Shown here one piece after another: positions 52,086 through 63,799 of a stretch of DNA of 64,000 nucleotides (its first letter is position 1; every line of letters begins with the position of its first letter). Below the pieces are notes generated by a model. It saw nothing but the letters and a program-made list of their open reading frames with translations, was not told the origin of the DNA and made no database searches. The DNA is from Ylistrum balloti (lineage: Eukaryota). The translations under genes were made by a program, and so were the position numbers. The DNA is taken from NCBI RefSeq assembly GCF_031769215.1, contig NW_026782147.1, forward strand, positions 124,001 through 188,000, in the 5' to 3' direction.

Positions 52086-52908
52086 GTTTACAAGTGGGTT
52101 ATCAATGAGAGGTCCGAATTCTGTTACCTCAAATACCTTATCTCTTGTATTTTCATTGTGTGACCCAAAAGGAGAAATTTTCATGGCTTAAAAGTTTACA
52201 CAAGCTTGCCTATGTTTCTACAGCGATATAAAAGACATCGAAAAAGATATTACGGTGAAGTCGGTTTTTTTTAAATGAGTGGACATTTCTGTAAAAAAAA
52301 ATCTTGATTCCGTCTCGAATCGTCCGAGAACGCCCTCTCAAATATAGCACATGTAATGAAACATGGCAATTTCATAACGAGGCTGCCACATTTGTTAATT
52401 GTGGAAGAAGTTAATTTTCCTTCTGTGATTTGTTTCGTAATGAACATGGTAACCGGTTTATCATAACTTTAACTATATTCGATAAATAACATTTGTTATT
52501 ATACTATCACAGTTTCCCTACTTTGCTCACCTCTAAATTTAGAAATCTAAACGTGAATATAGCTCAAGCTTAAATGACTCGAGCACACGTATGGATTGAC
52601 CACATGACCACAACAAAATTAATCTGAAATTAATCGTCACCGTCAACGTTTGCTTACGTCTTTCTATGTTCTAATAACAAGTTTTTTCCATCATTTAATA
52701 TTGTTAACATGCTGCGTTGACGGAAATGTCTCCAGCTGTTGCGTAATTGTATATACGCCAACCTCACAGTTTTCATAGAATAAATAGCTGTACATGTCAG
52801 TCATGTTTAAGATAGGTAGTGATTCTACAAAATAGTTAGTAGTGATGCTACAAAATAGTTAGTGATGCTACCTCACCGAATATGCTGTAACTACATTGAT
52901 TAGTTACT

Positions 52909-52910
<2 letters not shown>

Positions 52911-52954
<44 letters not shown>
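52911..52954. repeat. (TC)n microsatellite, about 22 units
   Basis: Read directly from the sequence. Confidence 0.95.
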
Positions 52955-52957
<3 letters not shown>

Positions 52958-53059
52958 CAAGATTCTTGTTTTGGTTATATATCCATTCAATGTGGAGGGA
53001 GCAGTGAATGACTTCTTACTTCTCTTACTTCTCTGAACCCTAATATTTTAATGATAATC

Positions 53060-53530
53060 TTTTTTATTGATGTTACGTAGTGACATTTAACTAAATCCAG
53101 ATCCTAAAAATAATTCTAGTATTCACATTGATAATATTTCTATGTGTCACATTAACTTTTGCTCGTTGAGGAACAAAATACACATCCTAGATGCTGCATT
53201 TTTGGATTATATTTTATGTATTTTCGAAACATATCTTAATGACTCTATGATCATCACATGTATATCAATTGCCAGTCTTGGAAAAAGTTTTAGGGGGAAT
53301 AGAAATAAAGCTGCTGGTGGTGTATTTATTTATACTAAACATCATGTAAATATCAAACCAAGACGTGACCTTGAGACTACCGACCTTGAATTAATATGGT
53401 TTAAGTAACCATCCTCAATAAAGATATTCTACTTAGATATATATAAAGACCCCCTAATTATGCCGTCAATTACGGTGGGTGACTTATCTTAATATTTACA
53501 ATAACTATTTTATGATACTCATTAATAGAT
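53060..53530 (+). mobile_element. CR1/L2-type LINE fragment: decayed 2A-like motif plus APE endonuclease N-terminus
   Basis: In frame LMLRSDI*LNPDP (compare LLxGDIExNPGP), then HINFCSLRNK...IFETYL...FRGNRNKAAGGVFIY...LELIW, an APE motif series. Confidence 0.75.
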
Positions 53531-53662
53531 TGTTTGACGTTCCATTACCGAAACCTCGCTTACTTCTTCCCAAAATTATGGATTCTGGATTCACAGAGAC
53601 AACAGGTAATTTCATTATATAGTTTTTATTTCGCAACATCTCACAAAGTAAGCAGAAGAGAC

Positions 53663-55979
53663 TTACGAAATCATTGTTTCATCTGGACAATTTGGTACAT
53701 TGTCTCTATAGTAGCCAGCTAGACTGACATTCGGTAAGTTATCACAGTCACCTATTGGTATCATATAATTGCTACCGTCCCAATGTTTCAGCCATCCCAA
53801 ACTAGCACAGGTACAAATGATCTTGTTGCCTTCAAGGTCGACATTACGGAGATATGGGAGTCCATTGATTGCCTTTGGTATCGTCGTCAGGTTTGTGTTG
53901 CTGAGGAACAAGAACTGAAGGTTCCTTGTATCTCTTAACGCTTCATCAGAGAAGGAAATAAGCGGAGCATTTGTAATACCGATGTATGTTACCTTTGTTA
54001 GACCTTCGAAAGCTGATGAGGGCACAGAACGTATGCTACTGTTGCGAATAATTAGAGTTTGCAGATTTTTCATTTTGGCAATTGCGGTAGGAAATTTTTC
54101 CAATAAGGTATCTGAGAATTGTATATTTTGTAAATTGTTATCATCTGGAATTAATGAGGCATCAAAATGGGTAATAGGAGTTCCGGTAGTTTCGATGGTA
54201 GTTATTGTCAGGGCGTCATGAAAAATATCGGGAATTGTATCAAAGCTCTGGTTAGTGATAGAAATCTGGTTCAATGATTTAATACCGCTGAAAGCCTCCC
54301 TCGGAATTCCTGAAAGCGTCAGATTGGGGTTGCTGTCAAGAGACAGAAGATCAAGAGCATCTAACGTGCTCAGCGACAACGGCAAACTTCGGATGCGACA
54401 TCTCTCGAATTCAAGTAGACCTAGCTTTTTTTCAAGACCCGAGAACGCTGACAAGGGCAGGTAATCCATTGCTAGATCTCTGACCGAAAGACTGGTTAAG
54501 TTTGTTAAATATCGTATTGAATCAGGCCAAAATGACATTCCCGGGTAGCCGAAATTTAAGTACTGTAACGTGGAGGATACATTCTGAAAAACATCCGCTT
54601 GGAAATCTAGGACAGGGTTTCCGTCAATCCCAAGAGAGGACACATCCCTCATCATGCCTAATGCAGTAGGTATTTTCGTCATTTTATTATTTCTCATGAA
54701 CAGAAATTCAAGAGTGTTTTCGGCGCCATAGAGAGCGTCGTCTGCTATGTTCATAATCTGATTGTCTGCAAGTTTTAAATAATATAGACCTGTGATGTTC
54801 ATGAAAGCTTTACTTGGAATATCTTTGATGCTGTTTGAACTCAGATCAACCCATCGGAAACTTCCGTTTGAGAATGTGAATCGAGGCACTTCAGTCAGAT
54901 TCCTGGAATCGCAGTTTATACTGTTCCCGTCACAGTCACAGGGAGGTGGCGCTGGACATGGTATAGCTGATATACTTACATCTGGTGTCAGCAACTACAA
55001 GGAAATGAGATGTTTTGTGTACCGCAGAAAGAACACGCGTTTTCAAATTTGTTCGGTAATAAAAATGCAATTATGTTATAATCGGTAAAAAAGATATTTA
55101 AATTTTGAAAGAATTTTATCTCAAAATATGAATTCTTAAACAGTCGATGCTGAACAGCGAGTGTTCTTGTAGTCCAAATATATGCGGAAGCAGCATTACT
55201 GTTATCTAGAAATGGCAAATTCACAATGCAAAACTGAAAGCACCACTCTTAAATATTACAGCTTTGTGGAAAGCTGTGTCTGGAAGTTACGTTGTAGATC
55301 TGGAACTGAAGCAATAAATTGTCGTGCTCTTTGTTTTCATCTTTAGGAGTGTAATTATAACGGACAAGGTCCATAACTATCTACATGTAGTAATTAGTTA
55401 GTTAAAGACTGCTTCAATAGATCTAAATAGGAAATAAAGGTCTGATAAGATATGAAGTACATTTTCTCAACATCTCTGCGATAAATCCAACATTGTATGA
55501 AAACAAAAACAACTCAGCAAAGATCGGGACGTAGTTAGATTATATGGCTTTACCACATAAGACCTTAGGTATTTCACGAGGACGAAATTTCGGCCATGTC
55601 CATACATAGGTAGTTGTGTATACAGACATATAACATATATTTTCTTAGGTTTAGACTTGCTGAAAAATGTTTTATTTTGTTCTTAAATTCGCGATATTTC
55701 AATGACCACGAAAATGACGAATAAATTCCTCCGGGAATATTAAGCAAAACCCTATTGATTTCTTTCGAAAAAATCAAATCTTTATGTAATGATTTCCTTG
55801 AGTAAGTCAACGTTTATATAAAGTTCTTAAATTGTCCACAATTTCATCGATAAATGACCTCAGTAAAATGCATTTTATATCCAAACAGACCTGTCAATAC
55901 TATGGCTTTTCGTGAAAAATTGTTGATTATGATGTATACTTACAATATATATGAAAGGAATGATTGTGTAGACATACAT
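53663..55979 (-). CDS. Secreted LRR-only protein, type C (LRR6), about 455 aa
   Basis: Exon 1 55979-55944 MYVYTIIPFIYI with gtaagt donor. Acceptor ttccttgtag, exon 2 54994-53663. CPAPPPCDC LRRNT and CTCASLGWLKHW...VPNCPDETMIS*. AGATAAG lies 18 bp upstream of the ATG. Confidence 0.92.
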
Positions 55980-55997
55980 GTTGTAAGGTGTTAGGTC

Positions 55998-56186
55998 TTA
56001 TCTCGCATTGTCTACGTTTGCCGATAGATCGTCTATCTTTAATCCTTTTATCTTTTGTAAAAACGTCTGAGAAAGGTGTCCGGTTAACACTGTCTGTCGG
56101 TTTTTGAAGTTCCCAACTTCCTCTATAAGCCCAGAAAATTTGAAATTATAGTTCCGCTGTTTCATTTTTCTTTCAATATATTTCAA
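55998..56186 (-). mobile_element. Possible LINE ORF1 remnant
   Basis: RKMKQRNYNFKFSGLIEE loosely resembles the RxxNLxFxGIxE motif of LINE ORF1 proteins. Confidence 0.25.
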
Positions 56187-56688
56187 TATCTGAAAAAGTC
56201 ATGTTACTTTTACTATCAATATTGTGTGCCTCCATATCTCTCATTCCTGTATTTAGTATCCCCGAGTGGTGAAACTTCAGTGTAGAATTTTATATGTATA
56301 TTTAAAAGTGCCATTGACAGAAAAAAGGTGCTAAGATCTATAGCAGTTACTGTTGATGTAGCTTCTGTTGTGATGTTTCTTCAATACATATCTTCTACAT
56401 CATGTCGAAAGTAGGTGGAATATCCTCACGTGTCCATATGTTCATCACGCATGATTATTTAGTAAAATACACTTAATAATATATCTAGATATATTGTTCT
56501 AGAAAAAAACATTAGTTTTAGTTTAAATGTAATTGAATTATCGATGGTGTGAAAATGTTTGCGTCATGAAATAATCACATACCTATCTACAGCTAGACTA
56601 GACGATTTTAATACACATTAGCAATAGTTTATACCATCGAGATAGTCGTTTAGTGGGAATACAAGATAAGGCTGAAGATCTTAACGAC

Positions 56689-58976
56689 ATGTATCTGTAT
56701 ACAATGTTTCCCGTAATATTTACTGTAAGTATTAAATTCGTATAAAGTTTGTTTTTACATGCTATGTACTCTCTGCGAAGTGTTTTTGACTTTCACTGTT
56801 GAATTGAATCACCTTTGATTCGTTTGTCCTCTACTCCTTTCCTATTTTCCATATGCATCGTTTTGCATACTGGTAATCGTATTCTGATTGGGAACGTCAT
56901 ATTACTTCCTTGGACTGACCAAGATTTACACGACAATTGTCTTCCGGGACACCTGGTCTTGTTTTCTTTGTATTCCGTCTAAATTATTTTTTGTCCATAT
57001 TTGGCCCTAGTTTCGGTGTCCCCATCAGAAACACCTAGTGGTCACTAGAATCACTATTTCTTTCCCTTTTTTGTTTCTTTGATATGGTAACATGGAAGTC
57101 AAAATGATATTGGACCTGAAAAATTCGTTGAACAGAATATTTATTGTTTTCCCAAAATTTCTTACAAGGCGATTTCTACGAACCCTAACAAATGCACATT
57201 ATCGCTTCCCTTATAAATGTCGAACTTTACCATAAAAGACACGCCGTCTTTGTCCGTATCCTCGCTGCTCATGAATTACGTCTTCGATAATTGTGTCCCT
57301 GCAATGTAGTTTTTTCATTGTTTCAGTATTAAGGATATGATGATCAGAAAAAAAGGTTTTATGTAGATCCACTCATACAATCATTTTCAAATTGCATATT
57401 TATATGCTGTATAATTTAGTATTACATATATACAAGCAGGATAACAGTCCAGGGCTTTCGAACTCAGAATTGTTCGTATTTGATAAATTTGCCATTTCAT
57501 CCTCGTAGATTTCCGGAAAAATCATAAAACACAATTATTGATCAAAAAAATATCAAACTTGTTTGCATTTTAACAGTAAAAGTTTACGGTTTAATTGTAA
57601 GAAACGAAAACTTTGTCTTGAAACGGTGACTTTCATATTCACAGTTGCTGACAATCCTTCTCATACTAGATGTTTGTAAGGCAGTCATACCATGCCCAGC
57701 GCCACCTCCTTGTGACTGTGACGGGAATAACATCAACTGTGATTCCAGGAATCTGTCAGAAGTGCCTCGATTCAACCTGTCGAACAGAAGTTATTGGTCA
57801 CTTGATCTCAGTTCAAACAACATTACGTATATTCCTAGTAAAGCTTTCGTTAACATCACAGGTTTATATGAATTAACCCTTGTAGGTAACCAGATAGAAG
57901 ACATGGCAGACGACGCCCTCTCTGGGGCTGAATACACGCTGAATTTTCTGTTCATGAGAAACAATAAAATGTCGAAAATTCCTACTGCATTAGGCAAACT
58001 GAGAAACGTAAGTTCTCTTGGGATTGATGGAAACCCTGTCCTAGATTTCCAAGCAGACGTTTTATAGAATGTCTCATCCTCACTACAGTATCTAGCTTTC
58101 GGCTATCCGGGAATGTCATTTTGGCCTGAATCAATACAGTATCTAACGAACTTATTGAGTCTGTCAGCCAGAGATCTAAGTATGGATTACCTGCCCTTGT
58201 CAGCGTTCTCAGGCCTGGAAAATTCTCTAGGGCTGTTGGGTTTAGACAGATGTAGTATACAAAGCCTGCCGTTGTCTCTTAGCACATTAGACAATCTTGA
58301 AATTCTGTCACTTGTCGGCAACCCTAATCTGACGCTTTCAGGAATCCCGATGGAGGCTTTCAGCGGTATTAAATCATTGAACCAGATTTCTATCACTAAC
58401 CAGAGCTTTGATACAGTTCCCGATATTTTTCATGACGCCCTGACAATAACTACCATCGAAACTACCGGAACTCCTATCTCTCATTTTGACGCCTCATTAA
58501 TTCCAGATGATAACAATTTACAGACTATACGCTTCTCGGATACCTTGCTGAAGAACGTTCCTCCCGCAATCGCCAAAATGAAAAATCTACAATCTCTGAT
58601 TATTCACAACAGTAGTATGATTTCTGTTTCACCATCAGCATTTGAAGGTCTTAATGTGATAAGATACATTGGTATTACAAATGCTCCTCTGAGTTTCTTC
58701 TCCGATGACGCTTTGAAAGATACACACAACCTCCAGTTCTTGTTCCTCAGCAACACAAACCTGACGACGATACCAAAGGCAATCAATGGACTCCCATATC
58801 TCCGTAATGTCGACCTTGAAGGCAACAAGATCATTTGTACCTGTGCTAGTTTGGGATGGCTGAAACATTGGGATGAGAACAATTACATGACACCTATAGG
58901 TGACTGTGACAACTTACCGAATGTCGACCTCAATACCTACTTCCGAGACCACGTACCGAATTGTCCAGATGATTGA
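56689..58976 (+). pseudogene. Type C LRR gene (LRR7), intact except for one premature TAG
   Basis: Exon 1 56689-56724 MYLYTMFPVIFT with gtaagt donor. Exon 2 starts at 57645. TAG at 58065-58067 where LRR6 has CAG (DVFQNVSS). The frame continues to ...VPNCPDD* at 58976. Confidence 0.88.
56885..57015 (+). mobile_element. PLE 3' UTR remnant inside LRR7 intron 1
   Basis: ggaacgtcatattacttccttggactgaccaagatttacac...cttccgggacacctggtc matches the UTR family. Confidence 0.6.
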
Positions 58977-59289
58977 AAGTTTTCCATGTAATGTTCCAGT
59001 TTGATGATGGTTTCGGATATAAAACTTCTCTATAGAACACGATATTTTTGTTCCGTGTATGAACAACAGACCCTATCCTCACTAATGTTTTTCTTCGTAT
59101 CCAACAGCATAATTATGATGAATATAATGCATGTTTAACATTGTGTGTCCTTCGTGCAAATTCATTTCTTGATAAAAAATTATAATGAAAAACGATACAT
59201 CAATAAGACCGATTTCCAAATCTTTAATCAAAGTTCATTTGAAAACATCAAGAAATGCCTAGAAGTAAAGACAATCGTAATCCTAAATA

Positions 59290-59495
59290 AAAATCGACGA
59301 AACAAGTCAAAACATGAACAAACAAACGATTTACACGGAAACCCTTAAAAAAGTAATGAAATGAGTCCAGGTGTTTCGGACTGGTAACCGTTGTGTAATC
59401 CTTGGTGAATCTAAGTAATGTCAGGTACCCGAATAGCAACAGAGTTAACAAAATTGAAATCACAAGGCACACTCGCGAGCATTGAAGACATCTAA
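59290..59495 (-). mobile_element. PLE 3' UTR remnant
   Basis: gatttacacggaaacccttaaaaaagt...ccaggtgtttcgga...aagtaatgtca matches 41815-41945. Confidence 0.6.
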
Positions 59496-60426
59496 TTTTT
59501 ATTGCACAAAGAAATGGAATTGAAATACCCAGTGCTTCGTGGCATTCTACGATCGTTAACACATGTTGACTATTGGTATTTACTTGTAACAGTTACATTT
59601 CAACTAATACTGAAGAATGCAATATCATAAATATTTTGGCATATTCTTGTTTGCTTATCCTTCACACAATAGGCAAACACCTTTTCGTTTGAAACCAGAA
59701 TTGAAAAGTAACATGAAGCAATTATTTTTGTTAGAATCTGACGCCATCTAAACGTCACTTGTTCAATTGTGATTTGGACACTTGATGAAACATGTCATGG
59801 ATAACAACAATGATTGACTTATATTTAAAAATCATATATCGAGAATTATTTCTTTTTTCCATTATGAACGTGTTTATTTCATTTGGTTTACAGTTTATTT
59901 CTGAAAATCTTTCAGATTTAATATCGTTGTTTGGACCTTTTATCTAAGTGTGGAATTATGGGGATAAATACAATAGATAACTTTCTTTAACATTAATTCT
60001 TACACTGTTTGAATTTCCGCTATTTTGGTATCAAATAAAAATGAGGAATTGCAATATTTACTCCGACTGCTAGGGCTACTAGCAGTACGTTAAAAAATTG
60101 AAACATTGAAAAGTGAGACTCGAAAGTGTTCTAAAACTTTACTTGGAGCACAAAGGTTAAGAGTTTTGCTTTATCCAAGTTACATGTTAAAAACATTAAA
60201 GGCAATAAATGTCAAATTGAAATGAAATACATCAGACCAATCCGTTTCTAGTTTAATGTATCGATGGCAGATCAACATATATGGAATAATACACTTTTCG
60301 AAACAAATAAGCACAAATGTCTTTTGATTCAACCTGAAAGGTTTTCAATTCAAGAGCAACCATGTTTGAAACATATTACAGTCCCTCTGGGAGTAAACAC
60401 CCAGTTGACGACAACGCCCTCAATAT

Positions 60427-60451
60427 GTAAACAAACGGTTGACGAGATAAG
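60427..60451 (+). promoter_or_regulatory. Forkhead + TGACG + GATA module upstream of LRR8
   Basis: GTAAACA aacggt TGACG AGATAAG, with GATA about 45 bp before the ATG at 60496. Confidence 0.6.
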
Positions 60452-60495
60452 GTAATGTCAGACGTCTGATTCTCACTGATAAACTACTTACTAAA

Positions 60496-62049
60496 ATGGC
60501 TATACATGAAACATACGTCATCTTTACGGTAAGTGTTTGAACGTTTTCAGGCATTGACTAGAAACAAAAACTCATGTCAAATGTTCACATCCCCTCTGTA
60601 AACGTTCACTCTTTTAAAATATCGACTTGTTTATATAATATGTTAACCTTGTTGTTGACACTTTCTCTGTATGTCCTACTTCATATTAATATCATTTAGT
60701 TGTTTACTTTTCCATTTCAGCTGTTGCTGATCTTTGTAATAAAATGCTCCTCTGAACTCGTTGACCCTCGACCCTGTCCTGCTAAACCGCCTTGCAGTTG
60801 TGACTTTAACACAGTGGAATGTCATAATCTCACTCAAACAGAGTTTCCAACCTTTACCAGGGTTAATTCAACATGGCACTGCTGGCGACTTCATCTGAAT
60901 TACAACTACAATATCAAAAGCATCCCGGCTGGAGCTTTCAGTAATCTTCCAATCTGTTCCCTTCAAATTGGCCACAATGCACTTGAAGTTATAGAGGATT
61001 GGGCGTTGAATGGATCGGAACCGTATCTTGATTTCGTTTTTATGCAGTTCAATAACTTCACAGAACTTCCGAGTGAAATTGCACGAATGCCAAACATCAC
61101 CATGCTTAGTATCCATGACAACCCTATCAAGGACCTTCCACAGAAAATGGCATTTGCTTCCAAGCTCCAATTTCTCGATATCGGATCACCGGAAATGACG
61201 ACATGGCCGAGCTCAATACGAACTCTAAAATCCGTTTGGAGCTTGACCCTTTATAAGTTACCGATGACCGATCTACCTTTTGATGCGTTTGAAGGGCTAG
61301 AAGACTCGAAAATATCTGTGACATGCTATACAGCGAAATTCAAGGGTATTCCGAAAGCAATGAGAAGACTTCAGAAAATGACAGGCCTATTAATCGCTGA
61401 TGATGTTGAACTTTCATCTGCAGGTATACCTGAGGATGCTTTCAATGGTATAGAATCACTAACAGAAATTACTATATCCAACAGCAGTATAACGACCGTA
61501 TTCAATATGTCCGCTATTCCTACACTTACCCAATTATCAATTAGCAACTCACCGCTGTCGACATGGGATGTATCTACATTACCAGAACAGCCACTGCTGC
61601 AGTCTGTAGGATTCAGTAACACAAATATAGATCGTATCCCAGCCGCTGTGCGACGTATTAATCGTCTCTATACATTAGCCTTGGATAATACCAAAATTTC
61701 CAGTATTGGGCCAGGCGACTTGGCAGGGCTACAGAAATTACAGGAATTGAATTTTAGGCAAACTCCATTAACCAATATATCCATGGACGCATTTAATGAT
61801 ATGTACAGTCTTATGAGTCTAAATTTAGATTTTACAAACCTATCAGGATTCCCTAGAGCTATCGAACGACTTCCGGCTCTGCGATTTTTGAGTTTACAAA
61901 ACATTACTATTGACTGTTCATGTGCAGAACTTGGATGGATGAAGAAATGGATTGGTTATAAGCAGTTGCGTGCTAGTGATGGAGAGTGTCACAACATCCG
62001 AATGGATTTGTTCGAGTATATTCGTAATGAGGTGCCGAAGTGTCCCTGA
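60496..62049 (+). CDS. Secreted LRR-only protein, type A (LRR8), about 453 aa
   Basis: Exon 1 60496-60528 MAIHETYVIFT with gtaagt donor. Acceptor ccatttcag, exon 2 60721-62049. Ends VPKCP*. Confidence 0.92.
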
Positions 62050-63344
62050 AGTATAAATAGACCCTTAAATTCAATGTTCAGTGTTTTGACATTTAACGCT
62101 GTTTGTAGTTAATTTAAATACATCAATGGACATGAACATATCCCATATTTCACTAGAAATAAATGTAACCTACATTTTGTTTCTGGAATATTAATCGGGT
62201 TTTTATTCTAGTGCAAAGTTTGAGAATGAGTTATCAATATACGCTATACATATTTGAATGCAAGTCTGTTTAAGTGTTTCCTGCCTGATTTTTTTATGTC
62301 ATTTTATTAAATCATACTCATCGTTGGGCACAAATTTGGAACATTGGGAACATTGTTTCATGGGCATTATATTTCGGGGATAAGTAATCCTCTATTATTA
62401 TAATGATATTAATTCTAACACAGATCGGATGTCATGCTTTTATGAACACACTATAGTTTGGTACGTCTGATCTTATAAGCTTTGTAGCAAACAAATTTTA
62501 CTAATATGATTTTGGAGTATGACATGACTGACTTGGATCGACCAAATTCTTTATCGTCGTTGTTGTCTTGTCGTCGACGAAGCAGACCTGTTTACCCTCC
62601 AGGAGCATCTGATATTATATTATATGGTTTGTACTTTTTCACTATTCAATATTCGCGTAACCATTTATTTTGTTCATGTTTGACATTTTAAAGTCATACA
62701 AGTACAGAAATATTCTATCTTTAATTGAAAAATTTGCCTGTACGGTTTTGCTTCACGGTAATTAACGCTTAAACGTAGTAATTAAACATGTACACACACA
62801 AATCTGAAACGTCGAACGAGCCGCGGTCTGGTCTAGAGCAGAATCACCAGAGTGTTTGATATCAATGCACATCATAATGATATTAACAAGATCAAAACGT
62901 TAAATAATTATAGAATTAGATATTTCAAAAGGCAGCTTATTAAAGTAGACACGCCAGCCAACAAAGAATGTGTACAAAGCTCAATGATGGTGAATAGCCA
63001 GGATTTACCACAGAAAACACAGATCGCGACCAATTTCCTACACTACCTTGAATATATACATAGAAAACGTCTTCGTTGTCAACTAAACACAGCATTCATT
63101 ATTCAACTTCTTAAAATCAATGTTATATTGATAAATTTGATGTCATTTAAATGAAAAGGAAATTACTTATAACATTTCATTAACGTCAATCATTGTTATA
63201 CAATATCGCAACATAACGAAAAGCATAGGTCAAACTTATCACATGGCAAGGAGGGTGCGAATTTGCGTCATTCTGTGTGCATTAAAATATGTTTTTTTTT
63301 ATTATTATTTTATTTTAGTCAATTGTAAAGTTTACTATTAAAAA

Positions 63345-63530
63345 CCGACAAAGAAAATGCCGACTTGTCAATAAAATCTAAATACAAACTCCAGTTTGAT
63401 GAAACTTTATCACAATATCAACAGAATATTAACATAAATATCCATGAAAAAGGAGAGGGAGAATATGATAAGGTCTTCCGGTAGTCTACGTGTCCCTTGC
63501 TTTATCGACGATATCCGCCATATAAATCCT
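63345..63530 (-). mobile_element. PLE 3' UTR remnant
   Basis: ggagaatatgataaggtcttccgg...ctttatcgacgatatccgccatataaa matches 41848-41918. Confidence 0.6.
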
Positions 63531-63799
63531 ACTGTATCTCCATGCAAAACCAGCGTATTACTGAATAGTCACAGAATGGCCCCAATTGGCAATCTTCCTA
63601 ACACATGAACCAATTTACAACACACAAGATGTTCAATGGCAGTCAATCAACAACACTCGTCATACTACAATTAATCTTAATTTTTCAACGACAATATTGA
63701 CCACTTAGAAAATACCTCTGAATATCCAGTATCAGCAATCATTGAAAATTTGCCGAGGTATGTGTGTAATTTTGATTCAGTAAAACGGAAGTAGTTGTT

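Noticed and set aside
32086-61904. Many antisense or alternate-frame ORFs over the LRR genes (e.g. 32086-32766, 40586-41245, 50318-50665)
   Set aside because: Shadow ORFs produced by the codon pattern of the real genes.
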